Below are positions 7,517-15,805 of a stretch of 37,307 nucleotides of DNA, piece by piece. This DNA comes from Archangium sp. Its GTDB lineage: Bacteria; Myxococcota; Myxococcia; Myxococcales; Myxococcaceae. The stretch is taken from the NCBI GenBank assembly GCA_044371205.1, contig JBILUC010000063.1:1-37307 (forward strand), in the 5' to 3' direction. Position 1 is the first letter of the stretch; every line of letters begins with the position of its first letter. The notes beneath the pieces are model-generated. The model made no database searches. It was not told the DNA's origin and saw nothing but the letters and a program-made list of their open reading frames with translations. The translations under genes were made by a program, and so were the position numbers.

Positions 7517-10405
7517 TCACTCCTTCACGACGCCGAGGTCCACATAGGCCTGGTTCACCATCACCACGTACGGGCGCTCTTCGAAGCGCAGGCCTCCGTT
7601 GCCGTCGTGCTCGATGATTTCCAGCTTGCCCATGCCCGCGCCCATCGGCCCGATGGAGTAGTAGTGCGCCTGCAGCCGATACGGCGCCGCGCGCTTGCCC
7701 TTCGGCAGACGAATGGTGAAGCACTCCGGGCCGTAGCCGGTGGTGACGTCGGCGTAGAGTTCACCGCCCGAGGGCAGCACCTTCTGCGAATAGAACGCGT
7801 GCCCGCCGCGCGCGTCGCTGATGTGGAAGTCGACGTCGTTGGCGTCGGTTTCCCAGTTCAAGACGAAGCGCAGCGAGGGCGCGTTCTCGACGACGCCGCC
7901 GATGGCCTTCAACTTGTCGGCGATTTCACCCTTCCGCGAAGGCTCGGCCTTCATCCACACCGCGGCGATGAGCCCCGCGTCTTCTCGAAGAATGCGGTCG
8001 ACGCCCGCGAAGCGACCGCCCGGGTACGGCTCCTTCACGCCGCGCGCGATGGCCTCGAAGGCCTTCTCGGGCTTGTTCGCGCGCACCAGCGAGAACGCGA
8101 GCAGGCGGTGCGAGGCGGGGTGGTCGGCGCGCTGCTCCACGGCCTTCGCGAAGCTGTCGATGGCGAGGTCGAGCGCGGCGGTGATGCGCTCGAGCCGCAC
8201 GCCCGCGAAGCGCCGCAGGTCCGCGCGCGCGGGGAAGAGGTCGATGATGCTGCCGTACGCGCGGGCTGCGGTGCCGAGGTCGCCGCTCGCTTCGAGCGCT
8301 TCTCCCAGCGCCACCAGCGCGAGCAGGTCACCGGGCTGCTCCTCGTGCCAGCCCATCGCCAGCGCGACGGCCTTCTTCTTGTCGCTCTCGAGGGCGACCA
8401 TCACCTCTTTGAACTTGCCGGTGTACGGGTCGGACCCCTTCTGCATCGCGGCGCCTCCTTGCGGCCCGGCTGGCTCGCGCTCGCGGCGCATCGCGACGCT
8501 CTCCGGTGCGGCGGAAGGCGGAGGCGGAGGCGGCGGCGCAGCGGGTTCAGCCGACGGGATGAGCTGTTCGCGAGCAGGGCGCGGTGCAGGCCGGGGCTTT
8601 GACTCCTCCTTCTCCTTCTCGTCGTCGAACTGCGCCGACGCCTCGGGCGCGCCGTCGGCTTCGGCCTCGTCGCGGTTCTCTCTCTTCTTCTCCGACGCCT
8701 TGTCGGGCGATGCGTCTTTGGGGCTCGGGTCTGCCTTCGGCGGCGGCTTCGCTACGACAGCGACCACCGCAGGCTGCTCGGCCGCGCGCTTCGTGCGCAC
8801 CACCTGCCCCTTGTCGACGGTGAGGATGTCGGCGAGCGCGCGCCGGTCAATCTTGAAGCGCGCGTAGTCGGCCTCGGTCTCGAGCACGAGCAGGGCGGTG
8901 AGCGAGCAGAGCACGCGGTTCTTCGTGCTCACCTCGACCATCTGCGCCTTGAGCGCGTTGCGTTGCGGCGCGCCGTCGGCCTGGTCCAGTTGGGACTGCA
9001 ACGAATCGAGCTTCGCCTTCGCCCACGCGCGCTCGAGCAGCGGCCGCTCGATGGACGCGAGCTGCGCGTTACCGACGCCCAGCGTCTTGCCTCCCACCGT
9101 CACCTTGAACGGCGCGCTCGCGGGGAGTTGCGCGTACACCAGCACCGCGTCACCCGCCTGCACGCCCGCCAGCGTCTTCGGCCACGCCGCGCTCGCGCCT
9201 TCGACCTTCACCTCGAGCTTCGACTTCGTGGCCAGCGCCAGACGACGCGCCAGCTCCGGGGGCTGCCGCGAGCCGTCGAGCACCGCGCCGTCGCGCTCGA
9301 GCGAGCCCTGCGCCAGCCGCGCCAGCGCCTGCTCATCGCGCAGCCCGCCCACCGCGATGGCGTCGAGCCGCTTCACGCCCGCCGACTTGAGCTTGAGCAC
9401 CTGCGCGGTGAGGTTGGGCCCCTCGGTCGCGCCCGCAGTGAAGACGCCGTCGGCGAGCACCACCACGCGCGGCGTCGGCTTGTTCTGCACGTGCTTCAAC
9501 GCGAGCTCGATGTTCGAAGCGCCGAGCGCGCGGCGGTCGCGCAGTTGCTTCGCCTGAGCGTCGGTGAAGCCCGAGGCAGGGCCCGAGTAGAGCGGCACCA
9601 CTTCCTGGTCGAAGGCCACCACGTTGACGGTGGCGGTCGGCATCGCCTGCAGGAGCTTCTGCACGAGCGTCACCTGCTCCCGCCACCCGAGGGCGCGCGA
9701 GCCGCTCGAGTCGACGAGCAGGGTGAAGTTCGTCAGCGCGTCGGGCTCGGTCGCGTCGACGGGCACGATGCGGGCGGCGATGAGGTCTCCGGCGCGCACG
9801 CCGAGTTGGTTGCGTTTCGGTTGACCCGTGAAATCAGCGTTGGGCACGAAGCGCGTCTTCTTGAGCACGCCCTCGCCCTCGACGCCGCTCACCGAGACGT
9901 CGAGCTCGCCCACCTCAGGCAGCCCCTTGAGCGGCACCACGTAGGCCGCGGTGCTCTGCACCAGCTCGTGCGAGTACGAGAGCACCACCTCCTTCACGCC
10001 CTTCGCGGGGATGGGGAAGACCTTCGCGGTGAACTCGTTGCCGCCGCTCTGCTCGAGCAGCGCCGGGTCTTGCCGGCGGTGGAGGAAGTCTTCGTACGCG
10101 CGCCGCGCCGCCTGTCGCTCGATGACCTCACCTTCCTGCCAGCGGCCCTCGAGCTTCATCGCGAAGCGGCTCACCGTCGCGCCGGGCGGGAGCGTCACCT
10201 TGAACTGGCCTTCGAGCACGCGGTCGAGCGGGTTCTCGAAGGTGAGGGTGAGCTCGGTGAAGGCCAGCGGGTCGAGCACCACGCCGCGCGCCTGCAGCTT
10301 GACCAGCTTGAGGCCCGTGCCGTCGCTCGCGGTGAGCGAGACGGGCGCGTCTTCGGCAGCAAAGACAGGCAGCGCGAACAGCGCGGAGAGAAGAAGAGCT
10401 CGCAT
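7517..10405 (-). CDS. Secreted VIT (vault protein inter-alpha-trypsin) plus von Willebrand factor A domain protein. It has a low-complexity Pro/Lys/Glu linker and a C-terminal TPR-like/uncharacterised domain (962 aa).
   Basis: Signal peptide MRALLLSALFALPVFAAEDAP. N-terminal VIT-like beta region. vWA MIDAS signature LLVDSSGS. Poly-Pro stretch (APPPPPPPSA) encoded by GGC/GGA-rich DNA at about 8470-8540. Antisense ORFs 7514..8602, 7821..8867 and 8963..11371 are rejected. Confidence 0.85.
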   Translation of the reverse strand: MRALLLSALFALPVFAAEDAPVSLTASDGTGLKLVKLQARGVVLDPLAFTELTLTFENPLDRVLEGQFKVTLPPGATVSRFAMKLEGRWQEGEVIERQAARRAYEDFLHRRQDPALLEQSGGNEFTAKVFPIPAKGVKEVVLSYSHELVQSTAAYVVPLKGLPEVGELDVSVSGVEGEGVLKKTRFVPNADFTGQPKRNQLGVRAGDLIAARIVPVDATEPDALTNFTLLVDSSGSRALGWREQVTLVQKLLQAMPTATVNVVAFDQEVVPLYSGPASGFTDAQAKQLRDRRALGASNIELALKHVQNKPTPRVVVLADGVFTAGATEGPNLTAQVLKLKSAGVKRLDAIAVGGLRDEQALARLAQGSLERDGAVLDGSRQPPELARRLALATKSKLEVKVEGASAAWPKTLAGVQAGDAVLVYAQLPASAPFKVTVGGKTLGVGNAQLASIERPLLERAWAKAKLDSLQSQLDQADGAPQRNALKAQMVEVSTKNRVLCSLTALLVLETEADYARFKIDRRALADILTVDKGQVVRTKRAAEQPAVVAVVAKPPPKADPSPKDASPDKASEKKRENRDEAEADGAPEASAQFDDEKEKEESKPRPAPRPAREQLIPSAEPAAPPPPPPPSAAPESVAMRREREPAGPQGGAAMQKGSDPYTGKFKEVMVALESDKKKAVALAMGWHEEQPGDLLALVALGEALEASGDLGTAARAYGSIIDLFPARADLRRFAGVRLERITAALDLAIDSFAKAVEQRADHPASHRLLAFSLVRANKPEKAFEAIARGVKEPYPGGRFAGVDRILREDAGLIAAVWMKAEPSRKGEIADKLKAIGGVVENAPSLRFVLNWETDANDVDFHISDARGGHAFYSQKVLPSGGELYADVTTGYGPECFTIRLPKGKRAAPYRLQAHYYSIGPMGAGMGKLEIIEHDGNGGLRFEERPYVVMVNQAYVDLGVVKE

Positions 10406-10522
10406 GGGGTCCTCGACGCGGGGAAGAGAGGAATCGTTCCGTGCCCGAGGGTAGTCCCAACTGCGCGGGCGGCGCGGAACTCTTGTCAGCTCGCTTGCCC
10501 GACTCTCTCTCGACCGGCGGCG

Positions 10523-11440
10523 TCAGTACCCGAGCGCGCGCTCAATCGCGGCGAGGTGCGCCTCGAGCTTCTTCACCGTGCCCCGCTGCACCGTACCCTC
10601 GACCAGCTCGAAGGCCTTCTTCGCGTTCGGCGCCTGTTTGCCCAGCAACTCGATGCCGCGCACGTCGGTGATGCCCCAGGTGTGGAAGACGGCGGGCAGC
10701 AGCTCGGAGATGAGCTCGCGTCGCGCGAGGTAGGCGGCCTCTCGGGGCGCCGCGGTGCTCTTCGCGGTGATGCCCTCGGGCAGCGTGTAGCCGGTGAGCG
10801 GCACGTGCTGCTTCGCTTCGCGCACCACGGCCGGCATCAACGCCACCGCCTTCGCGCCCTGCTTCGCGGAGGGCAGGTCGAGCACCTCGTGCAGGCGCTT
10901 CACCAGGGGCTTCGGCAGCGCCGCCTCGAGAGCGTGCAGCCGCGGCACCCGCCAGCCGTGGTCGATGAAGACGCGCAGACACAGCAGGCGCCAGCACGCG
11001 AGGCGCAGGAAGGTGGCGCGGTGGCGGTCGCTCCCCGCGGAGCCGCGGTCGAGGTCGAGCTCAATCTGCCGCTGCGAGGCGCGAATCACCTCGGCGCGAA
11101 TGCGGCGGCGTTGGCGCTTCCACGTGGTGCGCACCTTCTCGAAGGCGCCGCTGCGGTCGTCGAGCAGCAGCAGGTCGTCGACCTCGAAGCGGCACAGGTT
11201 CTCGAAGGCGAGCGCCTCGTCGAGCGTCTGCCGCGTGAGCGTCACCGTCGCGCCCTGCACCGTCTTCAGCTCGCGGCCCGAGCGCTTGCCGAGCACCCAG
11301 AGGTCGAGGTCGCTCGCCGCCGTGGCGTTGCCGCGCGCGACCGAGCCGATGACGGCCACCGACTCGCCTGACTTCGAGAGGGAAGGGAGCAGCTCTTGCG
11401 CGAGCGCGCGCAGACGACGGGCTTCGACGGAAGGAGTCAC
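10523..11440 (-). CDS. Pol-beta superfamily nucleotidyltransferase domain protein (305 aa, no signal peptide).
   Basis: Canonical motif hG[GS]x9-13Dh[DE]h as VAVIGSVARGNATAASDLDLWVL. An acidic strand FEVDDLLLLDD about 45 aa later is a candidate for the third carboxylate. The C-terminal helical region is uncharacterised. Confidence 0.75.
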   Translation of the reverse strand: MTPSVEARRLRALAQELLPSLSKSGESVAVIGSVARGNATAASDLDLWVLGKRSGRELKTVQGATVTLTRQTLDEALAFENLCRFEVDDLLLLDDRSGAFEKVRTTWKRQRRRIRAEVIRASQRQIELDLDRGSAGSDRHRATFLRLACWRLLCLRVFIDHGWRVPRLHALEAALPKPLVKRLHEVLDLPSAKQGAKAVALMPAVVREAKQHVPLTGYTLPEGITAKSTAAPREAAYLARRELISELLPAVFHTWGITDVRGIELLGKQAPNAKKAFELVEGTVQRGTVKKLEAHLAAIERALGY

Positions 11441-11470
11441 GAGGCCGCGGAGCCTGTCACGAACGACCGC

Positions 11471-12223
11471 TCAGCGCGTCTCGAAACCCAGCGTGAGCAT
11501 CGGCGTCACCGTGATGAGCGTGCGCGCGTTCACCACCGTCACCTCGGCGCCGTTCAAATCGACCTGCACCTCGGTCACCTTCCCGGAGGGATGGAAGAGC
11601 ACCAGCGCTTCGAGGCCGAGGTTGAAGCCCTTGCGGCGGCCGGTGCGCGCGTTGGGCGCGTGGAAGCCGATGCCGGTGCGAACGTCGAAGCCCGGCTTGA
11701 AGCCGCCAGCGCTGACGCCGGTGATGGTGCCTCCGGTGGTGGCGATGCCGAGACCGCCGAGCGCCATGCCGCCCAGGCCGAAGGCGGGGCCGGCCGCGAG
11801 CCAGAAGCGGTTGGCAAAGATGACCTCGAGCAGCGCGGCCATCGTGAAGTGGCCGATGAGGGTGCCGTTCACGCTCGCCCCGAGGCCGGCCACGTTGTAC
11901 CCGACGCCCACGCCGAGGTGCCCGCCGATGGCGAGGTACGCGCCGAGGAAGTTCGTCAGCTGCGAGCCGATGCGCACCTCGCTGCTGAGGCCGAAGGCGG
12001 AATACGGCGCGTGCCAGCCGATGCCTCCGCCGACGCCCCAGCGAAAGCGGCTGCCGGTGTGGCGCTCTTCGACGGGCGCGTCAGCCGCGGGGAGCGGCGC
12101 GTTGGCGATGGTGGTCGGCTGGAGGACGGCAGGTTGCTCGTCGGTCGCCGGCGCGGGCGGTGGGGTCTCCTGCGCTCGTGCGTGGGCCGCGAGGAGGAGC
12201 AGCAGCGCGAGCGTTGGTCGCAT
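11471..12223 (-). CDS. Secreted Gly-rich small outer-membrane beta-barrel-like protein (about 250 aa).
   Basis: Real start taken at the internal ATG (aa 69 of the track ORF), which gives signal peptide MRPTLALLLLLAAHARAQE. The rest shows an alternating hydrophobic/Gly beta-strand pattern. The upstream part of track ORF 11471..12427 is Arg/Ser-rich with no signal. Confidence 0.6.
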   Translation of the reverse strand: MRPTLALLLLLAAHARAQETPPPAPATDEQPAVLQPTTIANAPLPAADAPVEERHTGSRFRWGVGGGIGWHAPYSAFGLSSEVRIGSQLTNFLGAYLAIGGHLGVGVGYNVAGLGASVNGTLIGHFTMAALLEVIFANRFWLAAGPAFGLGGMALGGLGIATTGGTITGVSAGGFKPGFDVRTGIGFHAPNARTGRRKGFNLGLEALVLFHPSGKVTEVQVDLNGAEVTVVNARTLITVTPMLTLGFETR

Positions 12224-12455
12224 GGTGCTTGGTTGCCACCCCGGGGTCGGGCGATCCACAGAGAAGGCGTGTGACGCGCTGAGCTTTCCGACCTCGTTCG
12301 AGGCCTGTCCGCTCGCGGCCGAATGGGCTCGCGACGGCGAGGGTACCCGGAGGGACCTCAAGGAAGCGAAGCGCCTCGCCGACCACGGCTGCCTCAACAA
12401 GGAACCCAGGTCGTGTGACCTGGTCAACGTGCTCGAGTTGCTCCTCAGCCCGTAG
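12222..12455 (+). CDS. Possible small Cys-containing ORF (77 aa: MVLGCHPGVGRSTEKACDALSFPTSFEACPLAAEWARDGEG...CLNKEPRSCDLVNVLELLLSP).
   Basis: GC3 is about 83% over the ORF, whereas the opposite-strand frame has about 50% GC3 here. Its ATG shares the CATG with the divergent start of the Gly-rich gene. It is absent from the track because it is under 60 aa from the ATG. Confidence 0.25.
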   Translation: MVLGCHPGVGRSTEKACDALSFPTSFEACPLAAEWARDGEGTRRDLKEAKRLADHGCLNKEPRSCDLVNVLELLLSP

Positions 12456-13261
12456 TGCGGCGCCCTGCTTCGTCGACACCGACAGGAAGTCGCCGGTGAT
12501 TTGAAAGCCGATGCCGATGAGGGGCAGCGCGGCGGGCGTGTCGGCGCCGGTGCGCCAGCGGTGCTTCACCCACCACTGCACGAGGAGGAACACCGTCGGC
12601 GTGTTGAACTTCGCGCCGTCTTCCATCTTGAACGTGTAGCCAATCAGCGGCCCCACGCGGTGCGTCGAGTTGTCGACGGTCGTGCTCGCAGCGGTGGGGT
12701 CGAGGTGCCGCGTCGAATCGTAGAGGGGCGCGGTGAAGGTGTAGCGCGCGCCCACGATGAGCTTGTTCTCGAGGCCCTGGTACAGCACGTCGAGGTCGTT
12801 GGTGAAGAACCAGCCCCGGTTCGGCGCGAGCACGTCGTAGAGCTGGTCGTAATAGACGGTGTCTCCCGGTCGCAGCGCGAGGTTGCCGTTCACGAGGCGC
12901 GCCGCGCTGCGCACCACCACCGGCCCCAGCTTGAACTGAAGGTTGGCGCCGAGCGTCAGCTCCCAGCCGTTGGTCACGAGCCGGTTGGCGGTGTTCGCCT
13001 TGATGGCCGAATCGGAGAACACCGACTGTGCGTCGGCGCGACACCAATGCCCAGGAAGTTGTCGCGCAGCGACTTCGAGTCCGACTCGTAGAGCCGCAGT
13101 CGGTACGCGAAGCGCCCGTCGTACCCGACACCCAACGGGTTGAAGCGCACGAAGGCGGTGTTCTTGTGCACGATGCGGTGCAGCGGCGGCCCCTGCTCGG
13201 ACAGCATCTGCGCGTGCACGAGGGAACTGCAGACCAGGACAACGCAAGCGGTTCGCATCAC
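12455..13261 (-). pseudogene. Outer-membrane beta-barrel-like protein gene with an apparent single-base frameshift at about 13030-13045. The 3' end is unclear.
   Basis: The N-terminus with a signal peptide (MMRTACVVLVCSSLVHAQ ... LRDNFLGIGV) is in the frame of ORF 12974..13261, which then turns to junk. The continuation (SVFSDSAIKANTANRLVTNGWELTLGANLQFKLGP ... PLIGIGFQITGDF) is in the frame of ORF 12081..13463. An OMP-type C-terminal strand ending in F occurs near 12490, but there is no in-frame stop there. Confidence 0.5.
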
Positions 13262-13413
13262 GGCGCTCCTGTTTCATGCCGCGTGCCCGTTCAGCGCTGA
13301 GGCAAGTGGCGAGAACGTCGAGCCGCCAGGCCGCCTCGTGTCGACACCGTGTCGTTCGCTGCACACCGGTGTGTCGCTTGTTGCTCACAGTGTCCATGCG
13401 AAGGTCCTGCGCC

Positions 13414-13702
13414 ATGAAGCTCGAGAACCGACGGGTGCTCATCACGGGCGCGAGCCGAGGCATCGGCGAGTCGCTGATTGCCCGCGCCCAGGGTCACGTC
13501 GTGAACGTCTCGTCGATGGCGGGCGTGGTGGCGATGCGCGTACGGCGCAGCAAAGGCCGGCCTCTCGCACTTCACGGCGTTGATGCAGGCAGACCTCACG
13601 GGCACCGGCGTCGGCACCACGCTGGTGGAGCTCGGCCACGGCAGCATCACGCGCCGTGAGCTGGAGTCCAGCTGCGTCGTGCTCAGTCCTCGGGCAGGTT
13701 GA
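13414..13702 (+). pseudogene. Short-chain dehydrogenase/reductase remnant. The Rossmann motif (RVLITGASRGIG) is joined directly to NVSSMAGV, so about 100 aa are missing. A frameshift then precedes the YGAAKAGL (YxxxK) segment.
   Basis: MKLENRRVLITGASRGIGESLIARAQGHVVNVSSMAGVVAM lies in the frame of ORF 13276..13659. The catalytic YGAAKAGLSHFTALMQADLTGTGV continues in the +1 frame and ends with TGA at 13700-13702. Confidence 0.5.
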
Positions 13703-13876
13703 TGACCACCGACTGATCAGGCGCCGTCACCTTCACCCGGAGCGTGCGCGAACCATCCTCGTTGGTCAGCGACAGCGGCGAGGCAACCGGCGGCAGACCT
13801 GCGTCCTGGGGGGTGACCGTCTCACCGAGCACGAGACGCGAGCGCCGAGTCGAAGCGAGCCCCGCACGGCAGAGGG

Positions 13877-13905
13877 CCCGGAAGAACGTTCCCGGGCCCT
13901 CGAGA
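13877..13905. terminator. GC-rich hairpin (gggcccgg - aagaacgttc - ccgggccc) between convergent genes. Candidate factor-independent terminator with no U-tract.
   Basis: A perfect 8-bp inverted repeat is seen immediately 3' of the stop of the 13920..15731 gene and 3' of the SDR remnant. Confidence 0.25.
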
Positions 13906-13919
13906 CCTCACCGTTCCGC

Positions 13920-15731
13920 TTACGGCGTGAGCGTCAGCACGAACGACTTCTGCACCGAGCCGACGAGGTGGCGCGCCGCCGGGTTCTCGAGCATCGCCGC
14001 GACGCTGACGTTCACGTCACCGGTCACGCCGAGCGCGGGAATGGAGAGCGAGGTGCCGACGACGTTCTCGAAGAAGAGCGCGTTGCCCTGCGGGTCGCCC
14101 ACCCACACCCGGTACGAGGTCGCGCCGCTCGACGCCCCCCACGAAATCGGGAGCGCCGCGCTCTTCGACTGCGTGGCCGGCAGCGGATCGACCGTGAAGT
14201 CACCGGGCAACGACACCGTCGCCGCCGCCGCCGGCTTGCCGTTGCCGACGACGGAGAAGCTCGCGGCCTGGCCCGGCGTCAGCGGCGCAGACTCGATGCC
14301 GAACAGGTCGTACTGCGCGTCGAAGGTGAGCGCCGCGCCGTTCAGCTCGACGGTCGCGTTGCTGGAGAGCGGGGTGATTCCATCGAACGCCGAGACCCAC
14401 GCCGAGCCGTACGTCTGGCCCTCGTAGGTGATGAGCGTCGCGGTGCCCTCGAGGCGGAGGCCCGCATTCGCCGGAATCACGTCGACCCAGGTCTGCCGCT
14501 GCGTCGACACGTTCACCATCGAGCCCCCGAGCCCACGCGCCAGGTACTTCGGAGCGAACGCCACCACCTGCAGCTGGTAGTAGTCATCGGCGTCGAAGCC
14601 GCTGAGCTGCGCGCCGAGGGTGAGCTGGCCGACGTCGTTGACGAGCTCGATGCGGGAGCTGTCGTAGGGCGGCGTGATGCGGTTCGCAGCCGTCTGGTAG
14701 AAAATCGCGCCCGCAGCCCGCGTCCACGCGACGTCGAGCGTGCCGCCGACCTCCAGCCGCTTGCCTTCGGTCGGTGCCGACAGCGCGAAGTCGGCCGGCG
14801 CGTCGATCTCGTACACGCGGGCCTGCTGCCCTGGCACGTTCACCCGCACCACGTTGCGGCCCGGGGCGTTCACCGGCACCGTGCCGTACGCGGTGTAGAG
14901 CTGCTCGCTCGCGTCGTAGGGAACCGCGACGCCGTTCACTTCGACCGTCAATCCGGGAATCGATTGGGTGCCGTCGGTGATTTTGAGCGCGACGCCGCCC
15001 ACACCATCACTCCGGTACACGTTGCCGATGACGCGCACGCCACCGGTGGGGGCGATGTTGCAGGGCAGGTCGTAGTCGTACGACGACGACGAGATGAACT
15101 CCTCGCACACGAAGTAGTTGAGCTCGTTGGTTTGATCGAGCGCGAGCGGCACCGGCGTGTTCGCCGCGACGACGTCGCCGTCCTGCCAGAGCTGGTACCC
15201 GGCGGAATACCCCGTCCACTCCGCGGGAGGCGTGCCGTCGACGTACGCGACGTAGATTTGCGCCGGCGCGTCGTCACCGTTGAAGCGGTCTCCCAGCGAG
15301 GTGCCGAGCACGCGGTCGATGGGCGAGCCGCCCGGCGCGATGGTGTCGAGCTGACCGTTGCCGTTCACGTCTTCGTACGCCAGCAGCACGCCCCACGACG
15401 CGCGCGTGGTCACCCCGTTGCTCGTGTAGTCGCTGAGCGCGTTGGCCGGGGGAACGCCGAAGAACGAGAAGGTGTAGGCCAGCGGGAAGCTGCCCTGGTA
15501 CTGCACTTCCTGGGTCACCAGCGCGCTGGGCGCCGAGCTGCTGTTGGAGTCGGGGTACCACGCCACGGCGAGCCGAATCGGGCCCGACGGTGCGGTGCTG
15601 CCGCTGGTGAGCGCCATCTCGCCCTTCACCGAGAAGAGCGGCTCGCCCTCGTACTTCGGGCCCGTCGCGGGTGGCTGGCAGGCGGCGAGCACTGCCATCG
15701 CCGCGGTGATCAACGTGGTTCTCAAGTTCAT
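13920..15731 (-). CDS. Large secreted lipoprotein (603 aa), function unknown.
   Basis: Lipobox MAVLAACQPP. The Thr/Gly/Val-rich beta-rich composition is typical of myxobacterial exported proteins. Antisense ORF 13656..15761 is rejected. Confidence 0.8.
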   Translation of the reverse strand: MNLRTTLITAAMAVLAACQPPATGPKYEGEPLFSVKGEMALTSGSTAPSGPIRLAVAWYPDSNSSSAPSALVTQEVQYQGSFPLAYTFSFFGVPPANALSDYTSNGVTTRASWGVLLAYEDVNGNGQLDTIAPGGSPIDRVLGTSLGDRFNGDDAPAQIYVAYVDGTPPAEWTGYSAGYQLWQDGDVVAANTPVPLALDQTNELNYFVCEEFISSSSYDYDLPCNIAPTGGVRVIGNVYRSDGVGGVALKITDGTQSIPGLTVEVNGVAVPYDASEQLYTAYGTVPVNAPGRNVVRVNVPGQQARVYEIDAPADFALSAPTEGKRLEVGGTLDVAWTRAAGAIFYQTAANRITPPYDSSRIELVNDVGQLTLGAQLSGFDADDYYQLQVVAFAPKYLARGLGGSMVNVSTQRQTWVDVIPANAGLRLEGTATLITYEGQTYGSAWVSAFDGITPLSSNATVELNGAALTFDAQYDLFGIESAPLTPGQAASFSVVGNGKPAAAATVSLPGDFTVDPLPATQSKSAALPISWGASSGATSYRVWVGDPQGNALFFENVVGTSLSIPALGVTGDVNVSVAAMLENPAARHLVGSVQKSFVLTLTP

Positions 15732-15805
15732 GGCCGTCGTTCCTCTTCAGTGTGTGTTTGAAAGCGCTACGCCTTCAAGACGGACAGCCCCCGAAAAGTG
15801 GGAAG

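Noticed and set aside
7514-11371. Long plus-strand ORFs 7514..8602, 7821..8867, 8963..11371 and 10794..12455
   Set aside because: Antisense to the VIT-vWA, nucleotidyltransferase and Gly-rich genes. Low-complexity Arg/Ala/Ser composition. The exception is the last 77 codons of 10794..12455, which I kept as a low-confidence small ORF.
10523-11440. Calling the nucleotidyltransferase a CBASS CD-NTase
   Set aside because: I considered this because of the GS...DxD signature and the size of about 300 aa. But no Cap2/Cap3-like genes or recognisable effector (phospholipase, endonuclease, TM or TIR) flank it, and the neighbours are housekeeping-like exported proteins. The Pol-beta signature alone cannot separate the subfamilies. 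It is left as a generic nucleotidyltransferase.
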